Below, piece after piece: positions 1-11,000 of a stretch of 64,000 nt of DNA. A program made the position numbers and the translations under genes. The notes beneath the pieces are model-generated. The model was given only the letters and a program-made list of their open reading frames with translations. It did not search any database and was not told the DNA's origin. Numbering within the stretch: position 1 is the stretch's first letter; each line of letters opens with the position of its first letter. The DNA comes from the human T2T-CHM13v2.0 reference genome, Homo sapiens: NCBI RefSeq assembly GCF_009914755.1, contig NC_060942.1; one strand, 5' to 3'.

Positions 1-296
1 GTTCTGAGAAACATCTTTGTGATGTTTGTATTCAGGACACAGAGTTGAACATTCCCTATCATAGAGCAGGTTGGAATCACTCCTTTTGTAGTATCTGGAA
101 GTGGACATTTGGAGCGCTTTCAGGCCTATTTTGGAAAGGGAAATATCTTCCCGTAACAACTATGCAGAAGCATTCTCAGAAACTTGTTTGTGATGTGTGC
201 CCTCTACTGACAGAGTTGAACCTTTCTTTTCATAGAGCAGTTTTGAAACACTCTTTTTGTAGAATCTGCAAGAGGATATTTGCATAGCTTTGAGGA

Positions 297-313
297 TTTC
301 GTGGGAAACGGGA
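297..313 (+). promoter_or_regulatory. CENP-B box in m2 (repeated in each HOR)
   Basis: TTTCGTGGGAAACGGGA matches the core nTTCGnnnnAnnCGGGn; the T>G change is at a non-core position. Confidence 0.9.
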
Positions 314-638
314 TTGTCTTCAGGTAAAATCTAGACAGAAGCATTCTCAGAAACTTCTTTGGGATGTTTGCATTCAAGTCACAGAGTAGAACATTCCCTT
401 TGGTAGAGCAGGTTTGAAACACTCTTTTTGTAGTATCTGGAAGTGGACATTTGGAGCGCTTTCAGGCCCATGTTGGAAAGGGAAATATCTTCCCGTAACA
501 ACTAGGCAGAAGCATTCTCAGAAACTTATTTGAGATGTGTGTACTCAACTAAGAGAATTGAACCACCGTTTTGAAGGAGCAGTTTTGAAACACTCTTTTT
601 CTGGAATCTGCAAGAGTATATTTGCCTAGCCTTGAGGA

Positions 639-655
639 TTTCGTTGGAAACGGGA
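639..655 (+). promoter_or_regulatory. CENP-B box in m4 (repeated in each HOR)
   Basis: TTTCGTTGGAAACGGGA, canonical. Confidence 0.96.
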
Positions 656-859
656 TTGTCTTCAGAGAAAATCTAGACAGAAGCATTCTCAGAAACTTCT
701 TTGGGATGCTTGCATTCAAGTCACAGAGTAGAACATTCCCTTTGGTAGAGCAGGTTTGAAACACTCTTTTTGTAGTATCTGGAAGTGGACATTTGGAGCG
801 CTTTCAGGCCTACGTTGGAAAAGGAAATATCTTCCCATAACAACTAGACAGAAGCATTC

Positions 860-877
860 TCAGAAACTAGTTTCTGA
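860..877. repeat. 18-bp perfect palindrome, one per HOR
   Basis: TCAGAAACTAGTTTCTGA equals its own reverse complement and is centred on a SpeI site. The last copy is at 63975-63992. Confidence 0.95.
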
Positions 878-980
878 TGTGTGTCCTCAACTAACAGAGT
901 TGAACATTTCTTTAGACAGAACAGTTTTGAAACACTCTTTTTGTGGAATCTGCAAGTGGCTATTTGGCTAGATTTGAGGA

Positions 981-997
981 TTTCGTTGGAAACGGGA
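981..997 (+). promoter_or_regulatory. CENP-B box in m6 (repeated in each HOR)
   Basis: TTTCGTTGGAAACGGGA, canonical. Confidence 0.96.
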
Positions 998-1147
998 TTA
1001 CATATAAAAAGCAGTCAGCAGCATTCTCAGAAAGTTCTTTGTGATGATTGCATTCAAGTCACAGAATTGAACATTCCCTTTCACAGAGCAGGTTTGAAAC
1101 ACTCTTTTTGTAGTGTGTGTAAGTGGACATTTGGAGCACTTACCGGC

Positions 1148-1164
1148 CTAAGGTGAAAAAGGAA
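1148..1164 (+). promoter_or_regulatory. A-box (pJ-alpha-type site) in A-type monomer m7
   Basis: CTAAGGTGAAAAAGGAA lies at the position homologous to the CENP-B box and resembles the pJ-alpha consensus CTAYGGTGRAAAAGGAA. Confidence 0.7.
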
Positions 1165-1319
1165 ATAATCTTCCCATAAAAACTAGACAGAAGCATTCTC
1201 AGAAACTTACTCGTGATGTGTGTCCTCAACTAAAGGAGTAGAACCTTTCTTTTCATAGAGAAGTTTTGAAACGCTCTTTTTGTGGAATCTGCAAGTGGAT
1301 ATTTGGCTAGTTTTGAGGA

Positions 1320-1336
1320 TTTCGTTGGAAGCGGGA
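1320..1336 (+). promoter_or_regulatory. CENP-B box in m8 (repeated in each HOR)
   Basis: TTTCGTTGGAAGCGGGA, canonical; it overlaps the EcoRI site at 1335-1340. Confidence 0.96.
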
Positions 1337-1657
1337 ATTCATACAAATTGCAGACTGCAGCGTTCTGAGAAACATCTTTGTGATGTTTGTATTCAGGACA
1401 CAGAGTTGAACATTCCCTATCATAGAGCAGGTTTGAATCACTCCTTTTGTAGTATCTGGAAGTGGACATTTGGAGCGCTTTCAGGCCTATGTTGGAAAAG
1501 GAAATATCTTCCCATAACAACTAGACAGAAGCATTCTCAGAAACTTATTTGAGATGTGTGTACTCAACTAAGAGAATTGAACCACCGTTTTGAAGGAGCA
1601 GTTTTGAAACTCTCTTTTTCTGGAATCTGCAAGTGGATATTTGGCTAGCTTTGGGGA

Positions 1658-1674
1658 TTTCGCTGGAAGCGGGA
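1658..1674 (+). promoter_or_regulatory. CENP-B box in m10 (repeated in each HOR)
   Basis: TTTCGCTGGAAGCGGGA; the nine core bases are intact and the T>C change is non-core. Confidence 0.9.
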
Positions 1675-1823
1675 ATACATATAAAAAGCACACAGCAGCG
1701 TTCTGAGAAACTGCTTTCTGATGTTTGCATTCAAGTCAAAAGTTGAACACTCCCTTTCATAGGGCAGTCCTGAAACACCCCTTTTGTAGTATCTGGAACT
1801 GGACTTTTGGAGCGATTTCAGGG

Positions 1824-1840
1824 CTAAGGTGAAAAAGGAA
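1824..1840 (+). promoter_or_regulatory. A-box (pJ-alpha-type site) in A-type monomer m11
   Basis: CTAAGGTGAAAAAGGAA, identical to the m7 site. Confidence 0.7.
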
Positions 1841-1994
1841 ATATCTTCCCATAAAAACTGGACAGAAGCATTCTCAGAAACTTGTTTATGCTGTATCTAC
1901 TCAACTAACAAAGTTGAACCTTTCTTTTGATAGAGCAGTTTTGAAATGGTCTTTTTGTGGAATCTGCAAGTGGATATTTGGCTAGTTTTGAGGA

Positions 1995-2011
1995 TTTCGT
2001 TGGAAGCGGGA
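1995..2011 (+). promoter_or_regulatory. CENP-B box in m12 (repeated in each HOR)
   Basis: TTTCGTTGGAAGCGGGA, canonical; it overlaps the EcoRI site at 2010-2015. Confidence 0.96.
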
Positions 2012-5000
2012 ATTCATACAAATTGCAGACTGCAGCGTTCTGAGAAACATCTTTGTGATGTTTGTATTCAGGACACAGAGTTGAACATTCCCTATCATAG
2101 AGCAGGTTGGAATCACTCCTTTTGTAGTATCTGGAAGTGGACATTTGGAGCGCTTTCAGGCCTATTTTGGAAAGGGAAATATCTTCCCGTAACAACTATG
2201 CAGAAGCATTCTCAGAAACTTGTTTGTGATGTGTGCCCTCTACTGACAGAGTTGAACCTTTCTTTTCATAGAGCAGTTTTGAAACACTCTTTTTGTAGAA
2301 TCTGCAAGAGGATATTTGCATAGCTTTGAGGATTTCGTGGGAAACGGGATTGTCTTCAGGTAAAATCTAGACAGAAGCATTCTCAGAAACTTCTTTGGGA
2401 TGTTTGCATTCAAGTCACAGAGTAGAACATTCCCTTTGGTAGAGCAGGTTTGAAACACTCTTTTTGTAGTATCTGGAAGTGGACATTTGGAGCGCTTTCA
2501 GGCCCATGTTGGAAAGGGAAATATCTTCCCGTAACAACTAGGCAGAAGCATTCTCAGAAACTTATTTGAGATGTGTGTACTCAACTAAGAGAATTGAACC
2601 ACCGTTTTGAAGGAGCAGTTTTGAAACACTCTTTTTCTGGAATCTGCAAGAGTATATTTGCCTAGCCTTGAGGATTTCGTTGGAAACGGGATTGTCTTCA
2701 GAGAAAATCTAGACAGAAGCATTCTCAGAAACTTCTTTGGGATGCTTGCATTCAAGTCACAGAGTAGAACATTCCCTTTGGTAGAGCAGGTTTGAAACAC
2801 TCTTTTTGTAGTATCTGGAAGTGGACATTTGGAGCGCTTTCAGGCCTACGTTGGAAAAGGAAATATCTTCCCATAACAACTAGACAGAAGCATTCTCAGA
2901 AACTAGTTTCTGATGTGTGTCCTCAACTAACAGAGTTGAACATTTCTTTAGACAGAACAGTTTTGAAACACTCTTTTTGTGGAATCTGCAAGTGGCTATT
3001 TGGCTAGATTTGAGGATTTCGTTGGAAACGGGATTACATATAAAAAGCAGTCAGCAGCATTCTCAGAAAGTTCTTTGTGATGATTGCATTCAAGTCACAG
3101 AATTGAACATTCCCTTTCACAGAGCAGGTTTGAAACACTCTTTTTGTAGTGTGTGTAAGTGGACATTTGGAGCACTTACCGGCCTAAGGTGAAAAAGGAA
3201 ATAATCTTCCCATAAAAACTAGACAGAAGCATTCTCAGAAACTTACTCGTGATGTGTGTCCTCAACTAAAGGAGTAGAACCTTTCTTTTCATAGAGAAGT
3301 TTTGAAACGCTCTTTTTGTGGAATCTGCAAGTGGATATTTGGCTAGTTTTGAGGATTTCGTTGGAAGCGGGAATTCATACAAATTGCAGACTGCAGCGTT
3401 CTGAGAAACATCTTTGTGATGTTTGTATTCAGGACACAGAGTTGAACATTCCCTATCATAGAGCAGGTTTGAATCACTCCTTTTGTAGTATCTGGAAGTG
3501 GACATTTGGAGCGCTTTCAGGCCTATGTTGGAAAAGGAAATATCTTCCCATAACAACTAGACAGAAGCATTCTCAGAAACTTATTTGAGATGTGTGTACT
3601 CAACTAAGAGAATTGAACCACCGTTTTGAAGGAGCAGTTTTGAAACTCTCTTTTTCTGGAATCTGCAAGTGGATATTTGGCTAGCTTTGGGGATTTCGCT
3701 GGAAGCGGGAATACATATAAAAAGCACACAGCAGCGTTCTGAGAAACTGCTTTCTGATGTTTGCATTCAAGTCAAAAGTTGAACACTCCCTTTCATAGGG
3801 CAGTCCTGAAACACCCCTTTTGTAGTATCTGGAACTGGACTTTTGGAGCGATTTCAGGGCTAAGGTGAAAAAGGAAATATCTTCCCATAAAAACTGGACA
3901 GAAGCATTCTCAGAAACTTGTTTATGCTGTATCTACTCAACTAACAAAGTTGAACCTTTCTTTTGATAGAGCAGTTTTGAAATGGTCTTTTTGTGGAATC
4001 TGCAAGTGGATATTTGGCTAGTTTTGAGGATTTCGTTGGAAGCGGGAATTCATACAAATTGCAGACTGCAGCGTTCTGAGAAACATCTTTGTGATGTTTG
4101 TATTCAGGACACAGAGTTGAACATTCCCTATCATAGAGCAGGTTGGAATCACTCCTTTTGTAGTATCTGGAAGTGGACATTTGGAGCGCTTTCAGGCCTA
4201 TTTTGGAAAGGGAAATATCTTCCCGTAACAACTATGCAGAAGCATTCTCAGAAACTTGTTTGTGATGTGTGCCCTCTACTGACAGAGTTGAACCTTTCTT
4301 TTCATAGAGCAGTTTTGAAACACTCTTTTTGTAGAATCTGCAAGAGGATATTTGCATAGCTTTGAGGATTTCGTGGGAAACGGGATTGTCTTCAGGTAAA
4401 ATCTAGACAGAAGCATTCTCAGAAACTTCTTTGGGATGTTTGCATTCAAGTCACAGAGTAGAACATTCCCTTTGGTAGAGCAGGTTTGAAACACTCTTTT
4501 TGTAGTATCTGGAAGTGGACATTTGGAGCGCTTTCAGGCCCATGTTGGAAAGGGAAATATCTTCCCGTAACAACTAGGCAGAAGCATTCTCAGAAACTTA
4601 TTTGAGATGTGTGTACTCAACTAAGAGAATTGAACCACCGTTTTGAAGGAGCAGTTTTGAAACACTCTTTTTCTGGAATCTGCAAGAGTATATTTGCCTA
4701 GCCTTGAGGATTTCGTTGGAAACGGGATTGTCTTCAGAGAAAATCTAGACAGAAGCATTCTCAGAAACTTCTTTGGGATGCTTGCATTCAAGTCACAGAG
4801 TAGAACATTCCCTTTGGTAGAGCAGGTTTGAAACACTCTTTTTGTAGTATCTGGAAGTGGACATTTGGAGCGCTTTCAGGCCTACGTTGGAAAAGGAAAT
4901 ATCTTCCCATAACAACTAGACAGAAGCATTCTCAGAAACTAGTTTCTGATGTGTGTCCTCAACTAACAGAGTTGAACATTTCTTTAGACAGAACAGTTTT

Positions 5001-8000
5001 GAAACACTCTTTTTGTGGAATCTGCAAGTGGCTATTTGGCTAGATTTGAGGATTTCGTTGGAAACGGGATTACATATAAAAAGCAGTCAGCAGCATTCTC
5101 AGAAAGTTCTTTGTGATGATTGCATTCAAGTCACAGAATTGAACATTCCCTTTCACAGAGCAGGTTTGAAACACTCTTTTTGTAGTGTGTGTAAGTGGAC
5201 ATTTGGAGCACTTACCGGCCTAAGGTGAAAAAGGAAATAATCTTCCCATAAAAACTAGACAGAAGCATTCTCAGAAACTTACTCGTGATGTGTGTCCTCA
5301 ACTAAAGGAGTAGAACCTTTCTTTTCATAGAGAAGTTTTGAAACGCTCTTTTTGTGGAATCTGCAAGTGGATATTTGGCTAGTTTTGAGGATTTCGTTGG
5401 AAGCGGGAATTCATACAAATTGCAGACTGCAGCGTTCTGAGAAACATCTTTGTGATGTTTGTATTCAGGACACAGAGTTGAACATTCCCTATCATAGAGC
5501 AGGTTTGAATCACTCCTTTTGTAGTATCTGGAAGTGGACATTTGGAGCGCTTTCAGGCCTATGTTGGAAAAGGAAATATCTTCCCATAACAACTAGACAG
5601 AAGCATTCTCAGAAACTTATTTGAGATGTGTGTACTCAACTAAGAGAATTGAACCACCGTTTTGAAGGAGCAGTTTTGAAACTCTCTTTTTCTGGAATCT
5701 GCAAGTGGATATTTGGCTAGCTTTGGGGATTTCGCTGGAAGCGGGAATACATATAAAAAGCACACAGCAGCGTTCTGAGAAACTGCTTTCTGATGTTTGC
5801 ATTCAAGTCAAAAGTTGAACACTCCCTTTCATAGGGCAGTCCTGAAACACCCCTTTTGTAGTATCTGGAACTGGACTTTTGGAGCGATTTCAGGGCTAAG
5901 GTGAAAAAGGAAATATCTTCCCATAAAAACTGGACAGAAGCATTCTCAGAAACTTGTTTATGCTGTATCTACTCAACTAACAAAGTTGAACCTTTCTTTT
6001 GATAGAGCAGTTTTGAAATGGTCTTTTTGTGGAATCTGCAAGTGGATATTTGGCTAGTTTTGAGGATTTCGTTGGAAGCGGGAATTCATACAAATTGCAG
6101 ACTGCAGCGTTCTGAGAAACATCTTTGTGATGTTTGTATTCAGGACACAGAGTTGAACATTCCCTATCATAGAGCAGGTTGGAATCACTCCTTTTGTAGT
6201 ATCTGGAAGTGGACATTTGGAGCGCTTTCAGGCCTATTTTGGAAAGGGAAATATCTTCCCGTAACAACTATGCAGAAGCATTCTCAGAAACTTGTTTGTG
6301 ATGTGTGCCCTCTACTGACAGAGTTGAACCTTTCTTTTCATAGAGCAGTTTTGAAACACTCTTTTTGTAGAATCTGCAAGAGGATATTTGCATAGCTTTG
6401 AGGATTTCGTGGGAAACGGGATTGTCTTCAGGTAAAATCTAGACAGAAGCATTCTCAGAAACTTCTTTGGGATGTTTGCATTCAAGTCACAGAGTAGAAC
6501 ATTCCCTTTGGTAGAGCAGGTTTGAAACACTCTTTTTGTAGTATCTGGAAGTGGACATTTGGAGCGCTTTCAGGCCCATGTTGGAAAGGGAAATATCTTC
6601 CCGTAACAACTAGGCAGAAGCATTCTCAGAAACTTATTTGAGATGTGTGTACTCAACTAAGAGAATTGAACCACCGTTTTGAAGGAGCAGTTTTGAAACA
6701 CTCTTTTTCTGGAATCTGCAAGAGTATATTTGCCTAGCCTTGAGGATTTCGTTGGAAACGGGATTGTCTTCAGAGAAAATCTAGACAGAAGCATTCTCAG
6801 AAACTTCTTTGGGATGCTTGCATTCAAGTCACAGAGTAGAACATTCCCTTTGGTAGAGCAGGTTTGAAACACTCTTTTTGTAGTATCTGGAAGTGGACAT
6901 TTGGAGCGCTTTCAGGCCTACGTTGGAAAAGGAAATATCTTCCCATAACAACTAGACAGAAGCATTCTCAGAAACTAGTTTCTGATGTGTGTCCTCAACT
7001 AACACAGTTGAACATTTCTTTAGACAGAACAGTTTTGAAACACTCTTTTTGTGGAATCTGCAAGTGGCTATTTGGCTAGATTTGAGGATTTCGTTGGAAA
7101 CGGGATTACATATAAAAAGCAGTCAGCAGCATTCTCAGAAAGTTCTTTGTGATGATTGCATTCAAGTCACAGAATTGAACATTCCCTTTCACAGAGCAGG
7201 TTTGAAACACTCTTTTTGTAGTGTGTGTAAGTGGACATTTGGAGCACTTACCGGCCTAAGGTGAAAAAGGAAATAATCTTCCCATAAAAACTAGACAGAA
7301 GCATTCTCAGAAACTTACTCGTGATGTGTGTCCTCAACTAAAGGAGTAGAACCTTTCTTTTCATAGAGAAGTTTTGAAACGCTCTTTTTGTGGAATCTGC
7401 AAGTGGATATTTGGCTAGTTTTGAGGATTTCGTTGGAAGCGGGAATTCATACAAATTGCAGACTGCAGCGTTCTGAGAAACATCTTTGTGATGTTTGTAT
7501 TCAGGACACAGAGTTGAACATTCCCTATCATAGAGCAGGTTTGAATCACTCCTTTTGTAGTATCTGGAAGTGGACATTTGGAGCGCTTTCAGGCCTATGT
7601 TGGAAAAGGAAATATCTTCCCATAACAACTAGACAGAAGCATTCTCAGAAACTTATTTGAGATGTGTGTACTCAACTAAGAGAATTGAACCACCGTTTTG
7701 AAGGAGCAGTTTTGAAACTCTCTTTTTCTGGAATCTGCAAGTGGATATTTGGCTAGCTTTGGGGATTTCGCTGGAAGCGGGAATACATATAAAAAGCACA
7801 CAGCAGCGTTCTGAGAAACTGCTTTCTGATGTTTGCATTCAAGTCAAAAGTTGAACACTCCCTTTCATAGGGCAGTCCTGAAACACCCCTTTTGTAGTAT
7901 CTGGAACTGGACTTTTGGAGCGATTTCAGGGCTAAGGTGAAAAAGGAAATATCTTCCCATAAAAACTGGACAGAAGCATTCTCAGAAACTTGTTTATGCT

Positions 8001-11000
8001 GTATCTACTCAACTAACAAAGTTGAACCTTTCTTTTGATAGAGCAGTTTTGAAATGGTCTTTTTGTGGAATCTGCAAGTGGATATTTGGCTAGTTTTGAG
8101 GATTTCGTTGGAAGCGGGAATTCATACAAATTGCAGACTGCAGCGTTCTGAGAAACATCTTTGTGATGTTTGTATTCAGGACACAGAGTTGAACATTCCC
8201 TATCATAGAGCAGGTTGGAATCACTCCTTTTGTAGTATCTGGAAGTGGACATTTGGAGCGCTTTCAGGCCTATTTTGGAAAGGGAAATATCTTCCCGTAA
8301 CAACTATGCAGAAGCATTCTCAGAAACTTGTTTGTGATGTGTGCCCTCTACTGACAGAGTTGAACCTTTCTTTTCATAGAGCAGTTTTGAAACACTCTTT
8401 TTGTAGAATCTGCAAGAGGATATTTGCATAGCTTTGAGGATTTCGTGGGAAACGGGATTGTCTTCAGGTAAAATCTAGACAGAAGCATTCTCAGAAACTT
8501 CTTTGGGATGTTTGCATTCAAGTCACAGAGTAGAACATTCCCTTTGGTAGAGCAGGTTTGAAACACTCTTTTTGTAGTATCTGGAAGTGGACATTTGGAG
8601 CGCTTTCAGGCCCATGTTGGAAAGGGAAATATCTTCCCGTAACAACTAGGCAGAAGCATTCTCAGAAACTTATTTGAGATGTGTGTACTCAACTAAGAGA
8701 ATTGAACCACCGTTTTGAAGGAGCAGTTTTGAAACACTCTTTTTCTGGAATCTGCAAGAGTATATTTGCCTAGCCTTGAGGATTTCGTTGGAAACGGGAT
8801 TGTCTTCAGAGAAAATCTAGACAGAAGCATTCTCAGAAACTTCTTTGGGATGCTTGCATTCAAGTCACAGAGTAGAACATTCCCTTTGGTAGAGCAGGTT
8901 TGAAACACTCTTTTTGTAGTATCTGGAAGTGGACATTTGGAGCGCTTTCAGGCCTACGTTGGAAAAGGAAATATCTTCCCATAACAACTAGACAGAAGCA
9001 TTCTCAGAAACTAGTTTCTGATGTGTGTCCTCAACTAACACAGTTGAACATTTCTTTAGACAGAACAGTTTTGAAACACTCTTTTTGTGGAATCTGCAAG
9101 TGGCTATTTGGCTAGATTTGAGGATTTCGTTGGAAACGGGATTACATATAAAAAGCAGTCAGCAGCATTCTCAGAAAGTTCTTTGTGATGATTGCATTCA
9201 AGTCACAGAATTGAACATTCCCTTTCACAGAGCAGGTTTGAAACACTCTTTTTGTAGTGTGTGTAAGTGGACATTTGGAGCACTTACCGGCCTAAGGTGA
9301 AAAAGGAAATAATCTTCCCATAAAAACTAGACAGAAGCATTCTCAGAAACTTACTCGTGATGTGTGTCCTCAACTAAAGGAGTAGAACCTTTCTTTTCAT
9401 AGAGAAGTTTTGAAACGCTCTTTTTGTGGAATCTGCAAGTGGATATTTGGCTAGTTTTGAGGATTTCGTTGGAAGCGGGAATTCATACAAATTGCAGACT
9501 GCAGCGTTCTGAGAAACATCTTTGTGATGTTTGTATTCAGGACACAGAGTTGAACATTCCCTATCATAGAGCAGGTTTGAATCACTCCTTTTGTAGTATC
9601 TGGAAGTGGACATTTGGAGCGCTTTCAGGCCTATGTTGGAAAAGGAAATATCTTCCCATAACAACTAGACAGAAGCATTCTCAGAAACTTATTTGAGATG
9701 TGTGTACTCAACTAAGAGAATTGAACCACCGTTTTGAAGGAGCAGTTTTGAAACTCTCTTTTTCTGGAATCTGCAAGTGGATATTTGGCTAGCTTTGGGG
9801 ATTTCGCTGGAAGCGGGAATACATATAAAAAGCACACAGCAGCGTTCTGAGAAACTGCTTTCTGATGTTTGCATTCAAGTCAAAAGTTGAACACTCCCTT
9901 TCATAGGGCAGTCCTGAAACACCCCTTTTGTAGTATCTGGAACTGGACTTTTGGAGCGATTTCAGGGCTAAGGTGAAAAAGGAAATATCTTCCCATAAAA
10001 ACTGGACAGAAGCATTCTCAGAAACTTGTTTATGCTGTATCTACTCAACTAACAAAGTTGAACCTTTCTTTTGATAGAGCAGTTTTGAAATGGTCTTTTT
10101 GTGGAATCTGCAAGTGGATATTTGGCTAGTTTTGAGGATTTCGTTGGAAGCGGGAATTCATACAAATTGCAGACTGCAGCGTTCTGAGAAACATCTTTGT
10201 GATGTTTGTATTCAGGACACAGAGTTGAACATTCCCTATCATAGAGCAGGTTGGAATCACTCCTTTTGTAGTATCTGGAAGTGGACATTTGGAGCGCTTT
10301 CAGGCCTATTTTGGAAAGGGAAATATCTTCCCGTAACAACTATGCAGAAGCATTCTCAGAAACTTGTTTGTGATGTGTGCCCTCTACTGACAGAGTTGAA
10401 CCTTTCTTTTCATAGAGCAGTTTTGAAACACTCTTTTTGTAGAATCTGCAAGAGGATATTTGCATAGCTTTGAGGATTTCGTGGGAAACGGGATTGTCTT
10501 CAGGTAAAATCTAGACAGAAGCATTCTCAGAAACTTCTTTGGGATGTTTGCATTCAAGTCACAGAGTAGAACATTCCCTTTGGTAGAGCAGGTTTGAAAC
10601 ACTCTTTTTGTAGTATCTGGAAGTGGACATTTGGAGCGCTTTCAGGCCCATGTTGGAAAGGGAAATATCTTCCCGTAACAACTAGGCAGAAGCATTCTCA
10701 GAAACTTATTTGAGATGTGTGTACTCAACTAAGAGAATTGAACCACCGTTTTGAAGGAGCAGTTTTGAAACACTCTTTTTCTGGAATCTGCAAGAGTATA
10801 TTTGCCTAGCCTTGAGGATTTCGTTGGAAACGGGATTGTCTTCAGAGAAAATCTAGACAGAAGCATTCTCAGAAACTTCTTTGGGATGCTTGCATTCAAG
10901 TCACAGAGTAGAACATTCCCTTTGGTAGAGCAGGTTTGAAACACTCTTTTTGTAGTATCTGGAAGTGGACATTTGGAGCGCTTTCAGGCCTACGTTGGAA

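Larger units (their letters stand above)
1..2036 (+). repeat. HOR unit (copy 1), monomers m1-m12
   Basis: Taking the C of CATTCTCAG/CGTTCTGAG as the monomer start gives starts at (0), 171, 342, 513, 684, 855, 1022, 1194, 1361, 1532, 1699, 1869 and 2036. Lengths are 171 x5, 167, 172, 167, 171, 167, 170, 167, summing to 2036. The monomer numbering is my own. Confidence 0.97.

Noticed and set aside
1001-1010. TATA-like CATATAAAAA (also near 1678-1687)
   Set aside because: It is an ordinary part of the B-monomer tail, and sequence alone gives no support for promoter function.
1349-1359. Short dyad TGCAG-A-CTGCA and the junction dyad TTCTCAGAA
   Set aside because: Arms of 4-5 bp are too short to be meaningful and are expected by chance or are general to alpha satellite.
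1-2036. Assignment to the X-chromosome 12-mer DXZ1
   Set aside because: DXZ1 is a pentamer-based SF3 HOR of about 2.06 kb, whereas this unit is 2036 bp with strict A/B dimer alternation.
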